Origin: Macrostomum lignano
Lineage: Eukaryota
Reading direction: 5' to 3'
NCBI GenBank assembly: GCA_002269645.1
Contig: NIVC01002134.1
Span: 34,513 to 98,512 of the forward strand
Length of the DNA stretch: 64,000 nucleotides
How positions within the stretch are numbered: position 1 is the stretch's first letter; each line of letters opens with the position of its first letter. The position numbers and the translations under genes are program-made. The notes beneath the pieces were generated by a model. It searched no databases. It saw nothing but the letters and a program-made list of their open reading frames with translations, and was not told the DNA's origin. Positions 1 to 12,300 of this stretch are shown in pieces.

Positions 1-395
1 AGATGCTCGCAGCACTCCGTCGGTTGGAACGGTAAATGCAGTAGAGCCATCGATGGAAACACGAACCAAAAACTATGGAAAGAAATCCTGCACCCACACC
101 CGCACTGCGACCGGCGCCTGGTGGCAGGCGAGGACAAGCAGACGTGCCAGAATCACATCCGTCAGAATCTACAACAGGCGGGACTGTTGCGCCAACAGAC
201 TCAGGAACTTTGTGATCAAGGTCGACGGTCGAGTGTGCGCGTCCTACCGCTCGTCGAGAGCGTTCTCTGTGAGGACGTTCAGGTGCAACGCAGTTGGTCG
301 CACAGTCCGCATCCAGACGAGGAATCGAGTACCGCTGACTCTGTGCGAAGTGCAAGTGTTTGGACGTTATGCTAAAGGCCGATCGCGAAGCAGAA
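1..395 (+). CDS. F-type lectin (FTP/fucolectin) domain exon 1 (5'-truncated)
   Basis: RAIDGN, CTHT, WWQ, NRRDCCANR, PLTLCEVQVFG motifs; donor gtaag at 396; extra A near 70 relative to copies 2 and 3. Confidence 0.9.
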
Positions 396-3300
396 GTAAG
401 AACAAAATAACCCTTTGCTCTTTGTATGACTTTAAAGTAGATTTCTATAGGCATTTCGTCGCCGAAATACAAGCTAAATATTTACCTCCTTTAAATCCTT
501 TTAGCTCCGGGAATGCGATTCGTCGGCTGCTACATCGACAAGAAAAAGCGAGACCTACCAGTGATGGCCGGCTCCGGCTCGATGAGCATCCCGAAGTGCT
601 ACCGACTGTGCAGAGCAAAGAGATACGCCTACTTCGGTGTGCAGTACAGCAAGGAGTGCTGGTGCGGAAACAGCTACGGCAAGTACGGAAAGAGATCCAA
701 GTCCGAGTGCAGGATGAAATGCTCGGGTAAAAAGTCCACCTTCTGCGGATCGAGCTGGAGAAACAGCATCTACACCACTGGACTGCCAGCTCGAAGACGA
801 CCAAGAGTATGTAAGTGATACAACGCTAACTGTCTAAAACTGAGTAGCAGATGTAATTCTTCGCTTAGTATCATTATTTGTCATACAGTTTAAACGCTAT
901 ATAGTGAGATGGAAATTAGTGACTTAAATTAACTTTGCGTGCTTTTATTACAAATAGAAAGGCACTGTGCACCGGCGTTAAAATTCCAAATAATATTTCC
1001 CCCGGAAGTACACTCGTGCTCAAATGTACACAATTTCAGCGAGACTGCCGCTGTCCAGATGCTCGCAGCATTCTATCGCTGCAAGAGGTAAATGCAGAAG
1101 AGCTATCGATGGAAACACGAACCAAAACTATGGAAAGAAATCCTGCACCCACACCCGCACTGCGACCGGCGCCTGGTGGCAGGCGAGGACAAGCAGACGT
1201 GCCAGAATCACATCCGTCAGAATCTACAACAGGCGGGACTGTTGCGCCAACAGACTCAGGAACTTTGTGATCAAGGTCGACGGTCGAGTGTGCGCGTCCT
1301 ACCGCTCGTCGAGAGCGTTCTCTGTGAGGACGTTCAGGTGCAACGCAGTTGGTCGCACAGTCCGCATCCAGACGAGGAATCGAGTACCGCTGACTCTGTG
1401 CGAAGTGCAAGTGTTTGGACGTTATGCTAAAGGCCGATCGCGAAGCAGAAGTAAGAACAAAATAACCCTTTGCTCTTTGTATGACTTTAAAGTAGATTCT
1501 ATAGGCATTTCGTCGCCGAAATACAAGCTAAATATTTACCTCCTTTAAATCCTTTTAGCTCCGGGAATGCGATTCGTCGGCTGCTACATCGACAAGAAAA
1601 AGCGAGACCTACCAGTGATGGCCGGCTCCGGCTCGATGAGCATCCCGAAGTGCTACCGACTGTGCAGAGCAAAGAGATACGCCTACTTCGGTGTGCAGTA
1701 CAGCAAGGAGTGCTGGTGCGGAAACAGCTACGGCAAGTACGGAAAGAGATCCAAGTCCGAGTGCAGGATGAAATGCTCGGTAAAAAGTCCACCTTCTGCG
1801 GATCGAGCTGGAGAAACAGCATCTACACCACTGGACTGCCAGCTCGAAGACGACCAAGAGTATGTAAGTGATACAACGCTAACTGTCTAAAACTGAGTAG
1901 CAGATGTAATTCTTCGCTTAGTATCATTATTTGTCATACAGTTTAAACGCTATATAGTGAGATGGAAATTAGTGACTTAAATTAACTTTGCGTGCTTTTA
2001 CTACCAATAGAAAGCCATTGTACAGCGGCGTTAAAAGCCGAGAATACACACGTGCTCAAATGTACACAATTTCAGCGAGGCTGCCTCTGTCCAGATGCTC
2101 GCAGCACTCCGTCGGTTGGAACGGTAAATGCAGTAGAGCCATCGATGGAAACACAAACCAAAACTATGGAAAGAAATCCTGCACCCACACCCGCACTGCG
2201 ACCGGCGCCTGGTGGCAGGCGAGGACAAGCAGACGTGCCAGAATCACATCCGTCAGAATCTACAACAGGCGGGACTGTTGCGCCAACAGACTCAGGAACT
2301 TTGTGATCAAGGTCGACGGTCGAGTGTGCGCGTCCTACCGCTCGTCGAGAGCGTTCTCTGTGAGGACGTTCAGGTGCAACGCAGTTGGTCGCACAGTCCG
2401 CATCCAGACGAGGAATCGAGTACCGCTGACTCTGTGCGAAGTACAAGTGTTCGGACGTTATGTAGGACGCACTCCAAAGCCGTCACGAGGTGAGTTTCTG
2501 TATTTTTAACTGGGAATGTGAGATTAATTTCGGCTTTACTTGCACCACTGTTAATCTGTATGTTTCGTTGAATTTTCTTTGTTCAGATTTTTGTTTAATT
2601 GATCACCGAAGAATTTCAAACAAAGCCAGTTTATGAAATTTAATTATAATTTTAGCTTGTCCAGCTGGGACGAAGGTGAAGCGAATCTCACGTCGTACCT
2701 GTTCTTGCAAGCCCGCGCCGGAAGAGCGACGGCTCGGCTCTCTCGTCTTCGTCATTGACATCACAGGCAGCATGGGCAGGGTGATTAACGCCGTTCGGAG
2801 GAACATCCGAAAGATTCTCGCTGCAAACAGGCGCTTCAGTAACTACGTTGTCGCTACTTTCGGCGACCCTTATGTGAAGAACATGAAGAAGACCAAAGAC
2901 GCTCGACAGGTGATTCGATTTCTCAATCGGCTTCGAGCATCCGGAGGTGGCGACTGTGCGGAGATGGCCATGTCTGGCGCACTGGACGCCGCAGCAGCTG
3001 CTGACCGCAACTCTGTCATGATGCTGTTCACCGACGCCTCGGCCAAGGACGCCCGACTGAAGGGTCGCGTATCGGCCAGGCTGAGGTCGAAAGGAATCAG
3101 GTTGTACACTGTCGCGAGCGGCAACCTTTGTCGGCGAGGCAGCGGACTTTACAAATCGTTGGCGAGAGGCTCAGGTGGCTACGTGGCGAGCCTGCGCTCC
3201 AGCTACTTCAACAAGGCACGGTTTATCATTTTCTTAAGCCTTTATGTTTTTAGCGACGCAATTGAATATTTTTCCTTGTCTGCCAAATGATTGAGAAAGT

Positions 3301-6300
3301 GATGAATTATTCCGAGATGTGAACTAAAGCTATCCCGTTAAATTTATTAGCTCTGAGCATTGGCTGCTTCGTGTAGTCGGACTTCTTGGGTGTGAAAAAA
3401 AGTTCGGCTGAATAATTTCATTTGCACGCCTTAAACAACAGGGCAACGATTTTACGTGATTTATTTTTAGGGACGATGAATTTTTTATGTCTTTTTCTTT
3501 ATGTTTGTAGTTGATGGAGTTCGTGAGGCGAGCAGCAAAGGGAAGAATGAGCTTCAGCGCTTTCCCAGCCAACGTAGCAGCACTAAACAGTGCACTTCGT
3601 GGGCGTAAGTATAATTTTTTGAAATTACCAATATACCAGCTAATAAAAAAATTTTCATATTGATAAATTCTGACACTTTTAGGTTGCCGTTGTCGCAACA
3701 TTAACCGCTCGATCTGTGTCCGAAAGAGTAAGAGCATCTCTATTATCAGTGTTTTGAAATACAATTTTTGTAAAACATGATTTACTTAAAAGCGCTTCGG
3801 TTAATCTCTCTTAGCTCCCGGATTGAGAAAAGTTGGCTGCTTTGTCGATGCGAAATCTAGAGATCTACCTGTTCTGGCTGGATCTGGCTCAATGAGTGTC
3901 TACAAATGCTACAAACTGTGCAGGGCGAAGAAGTATTCTTATTTTGGCGTACAGTTCTCCAAGCAGTGCTGGTGCGGCAATCGCTACGGTCGATACGGAT
4001 CCAGGCCGGCTCGCGAATGCAGAATGAGGTGCTCCGGCGACAAGTCCGCGTTCTGCGGCTCTAGCTGGAGAAACACAGTCTACACCACTGGAATTCCTTA
4101 TAGAGCTATTAAAAGTAATATTAATAAACTGATTTTTCAGGCTACTCTTTTTTGTGGATAGATAAAATTCTTGGAACGCATTTTGCTAATCATCTTTTAC
4201 TTTAAATCCTAACAGCCCCAGGTTTAAAATACATCGGTTGCTACATCGACCGAGCTAGTCGCGACCTGCCAGTGCTTGCTGGCCGAGGATCCATGAGCGT
4301 TGCTAAATGCTACAAACTCTGTCGAGCAAAGAAGTACCCGTATTTCGGCGTTCAGTACTCCAACCAGTGCTGGTGCGGCAACAGATATGGCCGGTACGGC
4401 GTGAGGGCTGCCAGAGAGTGCAAGATGCGCTGCAGCGGCGACTGGTCCAAGTTCTGCGGTTCCAGCTGGAGAAATAGGATCTATGCGACTGGACTTCGCG
4501 CTCCCGCTATTGCTAGTGAGTTTGTTGCTGGATTTTTTTAACAAATCCGGAAGAGAAATTACATTGAACAGTTCTCGTGCCTAATCGATGACTCATTAGC
4601 AAGCAGATTCATTAGCATTTGCTGTTTGACGAGTGTATACTCATAAAATATTAGGCAGACATCTTTTTGGTACGTTTATGATCTCGTAAAGCAATTATCT
4701 AGTAAAAGCTAGGCAAAATCAAATTTGACATCTAATCGAACAACAAAATGTTATAGCTCCCGGCTTAAGAAAGATTGGCTGCTTTGTTGATAACGCCATC
4801 CGCGATCTGCCTAAGTTGGTGGGCTCGGGCGTCATGACCGTGCCGAGGTGCTATCAGCTCTGCAAGCGGGCCAAGTACGCATATTTTGGCGTGCAGCACT
4901 CAAAGCAGTGCTGGTGCGGCAACAGCTACGGTCGCTACGGAGCGAAACCAATGTCGCAGTGCAAGCAGCGCTGTAGCGGCAATCGCAAAACTTTTTGCGG
5001 TGGAAATTGGCGAAACATTGTCTACTCTACGGGACTGAGGTCTTCGAGGCAATGTAATTCAAGTTGTAAAATATTCTGTCTTAATTTGATGTTTTTTCAC
5101 TGTGTTTATTTGCTTCAAAAATTTGAAAATCGATTTCAGTGCCGGGTATCAGGCATCTTGGCTGCTTTCTTGACAAAGGCAGCAGAGACTTGCGTAAATA
5201 TGCTGGATCTGGTCGCATGACAGTGTCAAAGTGTTACAAACTCTGTCGAGGCAAGAGCTACATGTACTTTGGTGTTCAAAATGGCAACCAATGCTTCTGC
5301 GGCAATAGTTACGGTCGATACGGTGTCAGACGCATCACTGAGTGCAGAAAGCGTTGCAGCGGCGACAAGTCGACTTATTGCGGAGCCTCTTGGAGAAACA
5401 GCGTCTACGCTACCGGTGTAACTCCTCCAAAAATCCTAAGTAGGTTTCTGCGATGCTATCTATAATGCCAACTAATTTGGATTCTGTGTCAACTTATACG
5501 AGTATATTTTCATTTTTGACTTTTTCCAGCACCAGGACTTCGATCTCTCGGATGCTACATCGATCGAAAGGCCCGAGATCTTCCAGTTTTGGCTGGCAGG
5601 GGCAGCTCGATGCGGATACCCGTCTGCTATAGGCTGTGCCGTGCCAAGAAATACTTGTACTTTGGAGTGCAACATTCTAACCAATGCTGGTGCGGCAACA
5701 CTTACGGACGGTACGGCGTTAGGCCAAAGAAAGAGTGCCGTATGCGGTGCCGAGGTGACGGATCGACGTATTGCGGCTCGTCCTGGAGGAACAGCGTCTA
5801 TGCCACTGGCCTAACAATGAACGATATTAGTAAGACTTTCTGCCAGTAATCTCTGTACTAATCGCATCCTATTTGCACTTATGCCATTTATTTTATGTTT
5901 TGCTGTTTAATTGCAGTGCCAGGGCTTCGCTACATCGGCTGCTTCCTTGACAGCGCCAACAGAGATCTGCCTAAGCTTGCCGGCAAAGGCAAGATGAGAA
6001 TTCAGAAGTGCTACCAGCTTTGCAGACAGAAGAACATGGCCTACTTCGGACTGCAGTACGGCAACCAGTGCTGGTGCGGCAATGAGTATGGGAAACACGG
6101 AGGTAGGAGGGCATCGGAGTGCAACAAGAGGTGCTCTGGAGACAGCAAACAGAAATGCGGCGCTTCTTGGAGAAACAGCGTCTACACTACTGGACTTGGA
6201 AATCAGGGAGAAAGTAAGATGATAACTCCTTTATACTAAATTACGCTTGTATTTTCATAGACTAAGTAAGTAAAAAATACTTAAAAATCCTTTCAGCCAA

Positions 6301-9300
6301 GCTGCCACTGTCTCACTGCTCGCAGCACTCCACAACATGGAAGGCCCCTTGCATTAGAGCCATTGACGGTAACACTAACCAGCACTTCTTCAAGCACTCC
6401 TGCACCCACACTAAAACTGCCAAAGGCGCCTGGTGGCAGGCTAAGACTAAAAAGCTCGCCAGAATCACCGAGATCACCATTCACAACAGACAGGACTGTT
6501 GTGCGAAGCGACTCAATAATTTCGTTGTGAAGGTAGACGGTCGCGAGTGCGCCTCGTACCGGTCGTCGGCAGCTTTCTCCGTGCGAACTTTCTCGTGCCA
6601 TCTGATTGGACGGGTCGTTCGAATTGAGACTAGAAATAAGGTGCCGCTAACTCTGTGCGAAGTGCAAGTCTTTGGACACTATGTCGTAGCGAGAGCCTGG
6701 CCTCCGGGTAAGCTCAAGAGAATATATATATATATCTCATACATATAACAAGCTATTTCCGAGAATTGAATGATTAGTCTATTAGTGTATTATCAAAACA
6801 GGAAAGATCTGAAAAATTATTTTATAAGCGTTTTATGCAGTACCATTTGGTGTAATGGATCTAATGGATCTAAACTTAGTCGAACATAGACCACCGATTA
6901 TAGCTCGTACTTAACATCTTTTCAGCTAAAGGAGTCAGGTATCTTGGTTGCTACGTTGACAACAAAAAGCGAGACCTGCCTTTACTATTGAACTCTCGTT
7001 CAAAGACTACCCGCAATTACTGTTACAAATCCTGCAAAGCACGTGGTTATCGCTATTTTGGTGTGCAGAACGGCAACCACTGCACGTGCGGCAACTCGTA
7101 CGGCCTGTTTGGTCGCGCTTCAGAGAAGAGCTGCCGATCGCTCTGTCAGGGCGAGAAGAGCACCTACTGCGGAGGTCCATGGAGAAACGCCGTCTACACA
7201 ACCGGAGTCAGCAGACCGCTTGCTTCAAGTAAGATTGATTTTTCTTAATAACTTAAGTCACAGCGCCACAAAAGAAAAGATATGTGGCTTGCCATTAAAT
7301 TCATGACAATAGCTAACGTCGTTAAAGTTATATTTCAATATGAGCCAGTGAAAATTGAATTCAAAAGCATTAAAAAAACCATATATTTCAGCTTTTTAAT
7401 TCATTTTGAGTCACCAAAATATCAAGCGCCTAAAATCATCATCAACTTCTCTTTCAGATAAGAGAGGGAATGATGATCTTATGCCAATCAAAGCTTCTAA
7501 ATTGAGAGATAGTTGGTAGGGTTTTTGAATGATAAAACGTCTTGGTCACGAAGCTTTTATATGTGGTTTTATTATAGATCAACTATCCGCAACTATTCTA
7601 CCAGCTCGTGTCAAGAAGTCTAGCTTAGAAGCTAGACTCATCGTCGCTAAATCCAATATTCTATCCCTGATCTCACCTCTATTTTCATAACACTTCATTT
7701 CAGCGCCGGGCATGACCAAGTTAGGATGTTTCATCGACAAGACTGCTCGCGACCTTCCAGTGCTGGGTGGCTCAGGCTCCATGAGCGCCGCCAAGTGCTA
7801 TAAGCTTTGCAGAGGCAAGAAAAAGCGATTCTTTGGCATTCAGAATGGCAACGAGTGCAGGTGCGGCAATCACTACGGTCGCTATGGTAGGCGTTCACAA
7901 ATCGAATGCAGAAAGCAGTGCACAGCAGACAAAACTGCCTACTGCGGTGCATCCTGGAGAAATATGATCTACACTACTGGACTGGATCTTGCTACTTCTA
8001 GTAAGGAGGAATATTTCTCATAAATGAATTACACATACGCATACTTTGACCGAAGAGAAAACGAGAATTACATCGCTCTCGCATTATCTATAATGCTTTA
8101 TTTAGGCGTTGGGGTCCGAAAACTCGGTTGCTTCGTCGACAGAGCTAAGCGAGACCTGCCTCATCTGTACGCTGCTGGACACAGAACTAACAAAGCCTTC
8201 TGCTGGAGATACTGCAAAAATAGGGGCTACAAGTACTTTGGTCTGCAGTTTGGCAATCACTGTACATGCGGAAACACGTACGGTCGGTACGGAAAGGCTA
8301 AATCGTCTACCTGCTCCTCCGTGTGCAAAGGCGATCGGAGAAGAAAGTGCGGCGGTGCTTGGAGAAACGAGATTTTCACAACCGGACTGAGGTCCAGACG
8401 ATACAAAAGTGAGATTCTCCAGCTTTACCTACTAAGATTTTAAACCAAAGTAAAAACAACATCGCGTACTATAAAAGTCGAACGCGCTAATCTAAATAAG
8501 TTAAAAAATTCACTTGCAGCACCTGGCATGCTCCATCTGGGTTGCTTTATTGACGCTAAGGCTCGCGATCTGCCCAAATTGGCTGGCAAGGGCCGCATGA
8601 CTGTCGGAAAGTGCTACAACTTGTGCAGAAAGCTCAAGTACAGATTCTTTGGAGTGCAGTACGCAAGTCAGTGCTGGTGCGGTAACCACTACGGACGGTA
8701 CGGTCTTCGCGACAAGAACGAGTGCCGCATGCAGTGCAGCGGCGACAAGACCACTTACTGCGGTGCAGGCTGGAGAAACGACATCTTCACAACTGGTCTT
8801 TCGGCCAGGCCAAAAGGTAAGATTACTTAGTGTTGCAATGCCTATAATTTATATCGATTACTGAAACGAGCTATCATTTACGAAAGCAACTATGATTTTT
8901 GTCCACAGACTCGGCTTATCTTGGCTGCTTCATTGACAACGCAGCCCGCGACCTGCCCAAGGTGGTGAACGCTGGAGTGAAAGCCAACAGCCACTACTGC
9001 ATCAAGCTGTGCAAGCGTGCTGGCTACAAGTACGCCGGTTTGCAATACGCCAGTTACTGCACCTGCGGCAATAGCTACGGCTCTCTGGGTCGAGTCAGCA
9101 ACAAGCAATGTAAAATGACGTGCAAGGGCGACAGGCGAGAGAAGTGCGGCGGACCGTGGAGGAACTCCGTCTACAGCACCGGACTCAAGACTAGAAAGGT
9201 GTCAAGTAAGTCTTCTTTTACACAAACTAACATAATGAACTTTTAGATTGTTAATTTTAAATGATCTTTGAGATAAATTTCAATTAATATCGTTGTTTTT

Positions 9301-12300
9301 AACAGCTCCGGGACTGAAGTACCTCGGCTGCTTCGTCGACAAAGCCACCAGAGATCTGAGACGCGAAGCTCCAAAAGGCCACATGAGCGTGCCCAAGTGC
9401 TACAGGTTCTGTCGAAAGCACAAGTACAAGTTCTTCGGAGTGCAATATGGCAACCATTGCTTCTGCGGCAATCACTATGGCCGATTCGGAATCAGACCGA
9501 ACACGGAGTGCAGGATGCAGTGCAGTGGCGATAAGACTACTTACTGCGGTGCAGGCTGGAGAAACAGTGTGTACGCTACCGGCTTGGAGCTGGCTTCCAC
9601 AGGTAAATATTTAATAAAAAGTCTACCAACACTGAAATTTCAATTTTTACATAATATCAATAAAATATAAAACGGTTTTTATTAAAGTGATGAGTGCTAG
9701 ACATTTGAGCACGTGCTGACATCCATTGGATTCTGAATAATATTCAAAGCAACACCACCTTTCAGGAGCTGGAGTTCGCAAGCTCGGCTGCTACGTCGAC
9801 ACAGCTAAGCGAGACCTGCCCCACCTGTACGCTGCTGGACACAAGACTAACAAAGCCTTCTGCTGGAGGTACTGTAAAGGCAAGGGTTACAAGTACTTTG
9901 GACTGCAGTTCGGCAACCACTGTACATGCGGAAACACGTACGGTCGGTACGGTAGAGCAAAGGCGTCGTCATGCTCAGCAGTGTGCAAAGGCGACCGACG
10001 AAGAAAGTGCGGCGGCACTTGGAGAAACGAGATTTTTACAACCGGACTGAGGTCCAAGAATGCTAAAAGTGAGTTATTGTTAGCTTTCCTACGTTTTAGC
10101 ATGAGCTGCTTAATGTAGGCTCAACTTTTATTTTAACGTTCTTGGGCGTCCTCTGACTGTAGCTCAGCTTTTAGAACACAGCACTACTTTACAAAAGCCT
10201 GGGACAAAGAACATAGACAAATTAAACCCTCGCACTCCTCTTAGGTAAATTTACAGGTTCATATCGGTTTTCCATTCGATACAGAAAAAGAACATAAGAG
10301 TGTTGAGTCTCAGTTCTCTCAATAAAAGAATATTGTTGTCAAAGTTAGTATCACTGCAGAGGCTTCATCCAACGGAATTTGCAGGTAAGCATTGGTGAAG
10401 TCGATGACGGCAAAAACGTTGCCCCGTCCAACTGGCTTAGGACGTCCTCGTTGCTTGGTGTGGTAGAGACCATGTCGTTTAACCAATTATTTACTGTCAC
10501 TTTATAATCCCCACGCAAACAAATCTTTCTATTCGGGTTTCTTACAGTCACGAATGGAGTAGACCATTTGCTCTGATCCACGGGCTTTAAGATCTTCTCC
10601 GCCACCAACCGTTCCAGTTCCAGCTTAACAGCATCACACATGCCGTAGCTGTCTGGTATTGGTCGTTGTTTAAAAAAACAATGGTGTAGCACCATCCTTT
10701 AACGTGAGGTGCGCTCAAAATTAAGCAACTTAAAAGATGTTTAGATGAGGTTCCAGTGCGTGCATCCACTCGAGGCCATTAAAGATACTGGGAGCGTTTA
10801 GATTGTCTACCATGAATATCGGGAGGCTGCCGTCTTGCCTTGAAATTGCACGTTCACAATCGACTGTCCACATATCGGAACAACTCTTCCTTGGTAATCG
10901 TTGAAATTTCTGTCCGGTATTAGACTTCCGGTTTTCTCTGTTAGACCATCGAACAGTTTTCTAGAAATTAGCGAGGCATCTGGATTTGCCACGGTATTGA
11001 AAACCGTGTTGAAATCGGTCCCGTTAATGCGCAACTTTCTGTAGATTCTCTGACTGTCCCCTTGAAATAAGAACACTTGATCTCCATTGTCCCCTAGCTG
11101 CTTATCGACATCGTTCCGAACTTCCCCATGCATAACATAAGTCTGATAGAAAATGACCCGCTTGTAGGCTTACATCTTTGCGAAGATGTCTTGGGGTTTA
11201 GTGCTTTACAGACGGCTTTGAGATGTCCCACTTTTCTACAATATCCACACTTGAGCAGCTTGTCTCGACATTCCCTCTTCATGTGTACTTGCTTTCCACT
11301 GCAGAAGCAAGATATCTGTTTTCTTGCTTCTCAACGGTAGGCTCTTTCAGGCTGTTTTCATTGCCCAATTCCGGTGACGGGGTCGATTTCCCCCTGACTG
11401 GCGCATCTGTAATAGGCCTGAGTCCGCCATGTCCTCACCTCTTTACACAGATGCGCACGCTGTTGCAACAGCAGTGACCTTTTGCAGAGTTATTCCCGCG
11501 AGTTTCTCGGCCAATAGCTTGCGTAGAATATCTTATCTTTGTTCGAAAGTTCAAATATAAACTGGTCGCGAAGACGGTCCTTGACGTCGTTGGAATCGCA
11601 CTCGTCGGCCAGTTGATTCAGTCTAGGACTGTTCGACAAGGTATCCTCGTTGGGCTCCTGCCCTGTCCTGCGAAATACGTATCGGTAGGCGATTACAGAT
11701 TTCAGTGATTTTATCTTGTCACTCAGCAAGGTCTTCATGTCATCGTAGGACTTCTTCTCAGTATCGTCTGGCACGGCTGCATCTGCGAGAAGGTTACACA
11801 TGCGCTTGCCAATAAGCGCTAGAAATGCGTCTTTCTGCTTTTCCTCCTTGAAGTCGTGAAATTTGCAGTGAATTTCGACTCTTCAAATCTACCTATTCGA
11901 ATCTTCACCATCTTCTAGTGTGTCCAGTGGGGAAAGCCTCGTCGCCATTGTTAGCTTTCTTCTTACGTTGTAGCATGAGCTGCCAATGTATTCTCAATCT
12001 TTATTTTCACGCTCAGCTTATAAATCACAACACTAAATTACAAATACGCTCGTATCTAAGGCATATAGAAAAACTAAACCCTCGCAGTTGTTATTCAATA
12101 CTTTATCATACATCGAACAAATTTAATGCTGCTTTGTTAAAAACTTGCAAAATGTGAAATTACACGGTGATGTACTTGTCAAACTCTCGTAAAAAAACAA
12201 ACAGATGATAGCTTTGAACTATATCGCTCTCTTTTAGCACCAGGAATGCTACATCTCGGCTGCTTCGTCGACTCTAAAGCTCGCGACCTACCCAAATTAG

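Larger units (their letters stand above)
1..2489 (+). repeat. Tandem ~1.05-kb FTP+WSC exon duplication
   Basis: Exons and introns repeat at offset ~1054 (513 vs 1567). Confidence 0.92.

Noticed and set aside
60-1790. Programmed frameshifting in the lectin gene
   Set aside because: Indels are in short homopolymers, are absent from sister copies and lack a slippery-site/structure context; sequencing error is simpler
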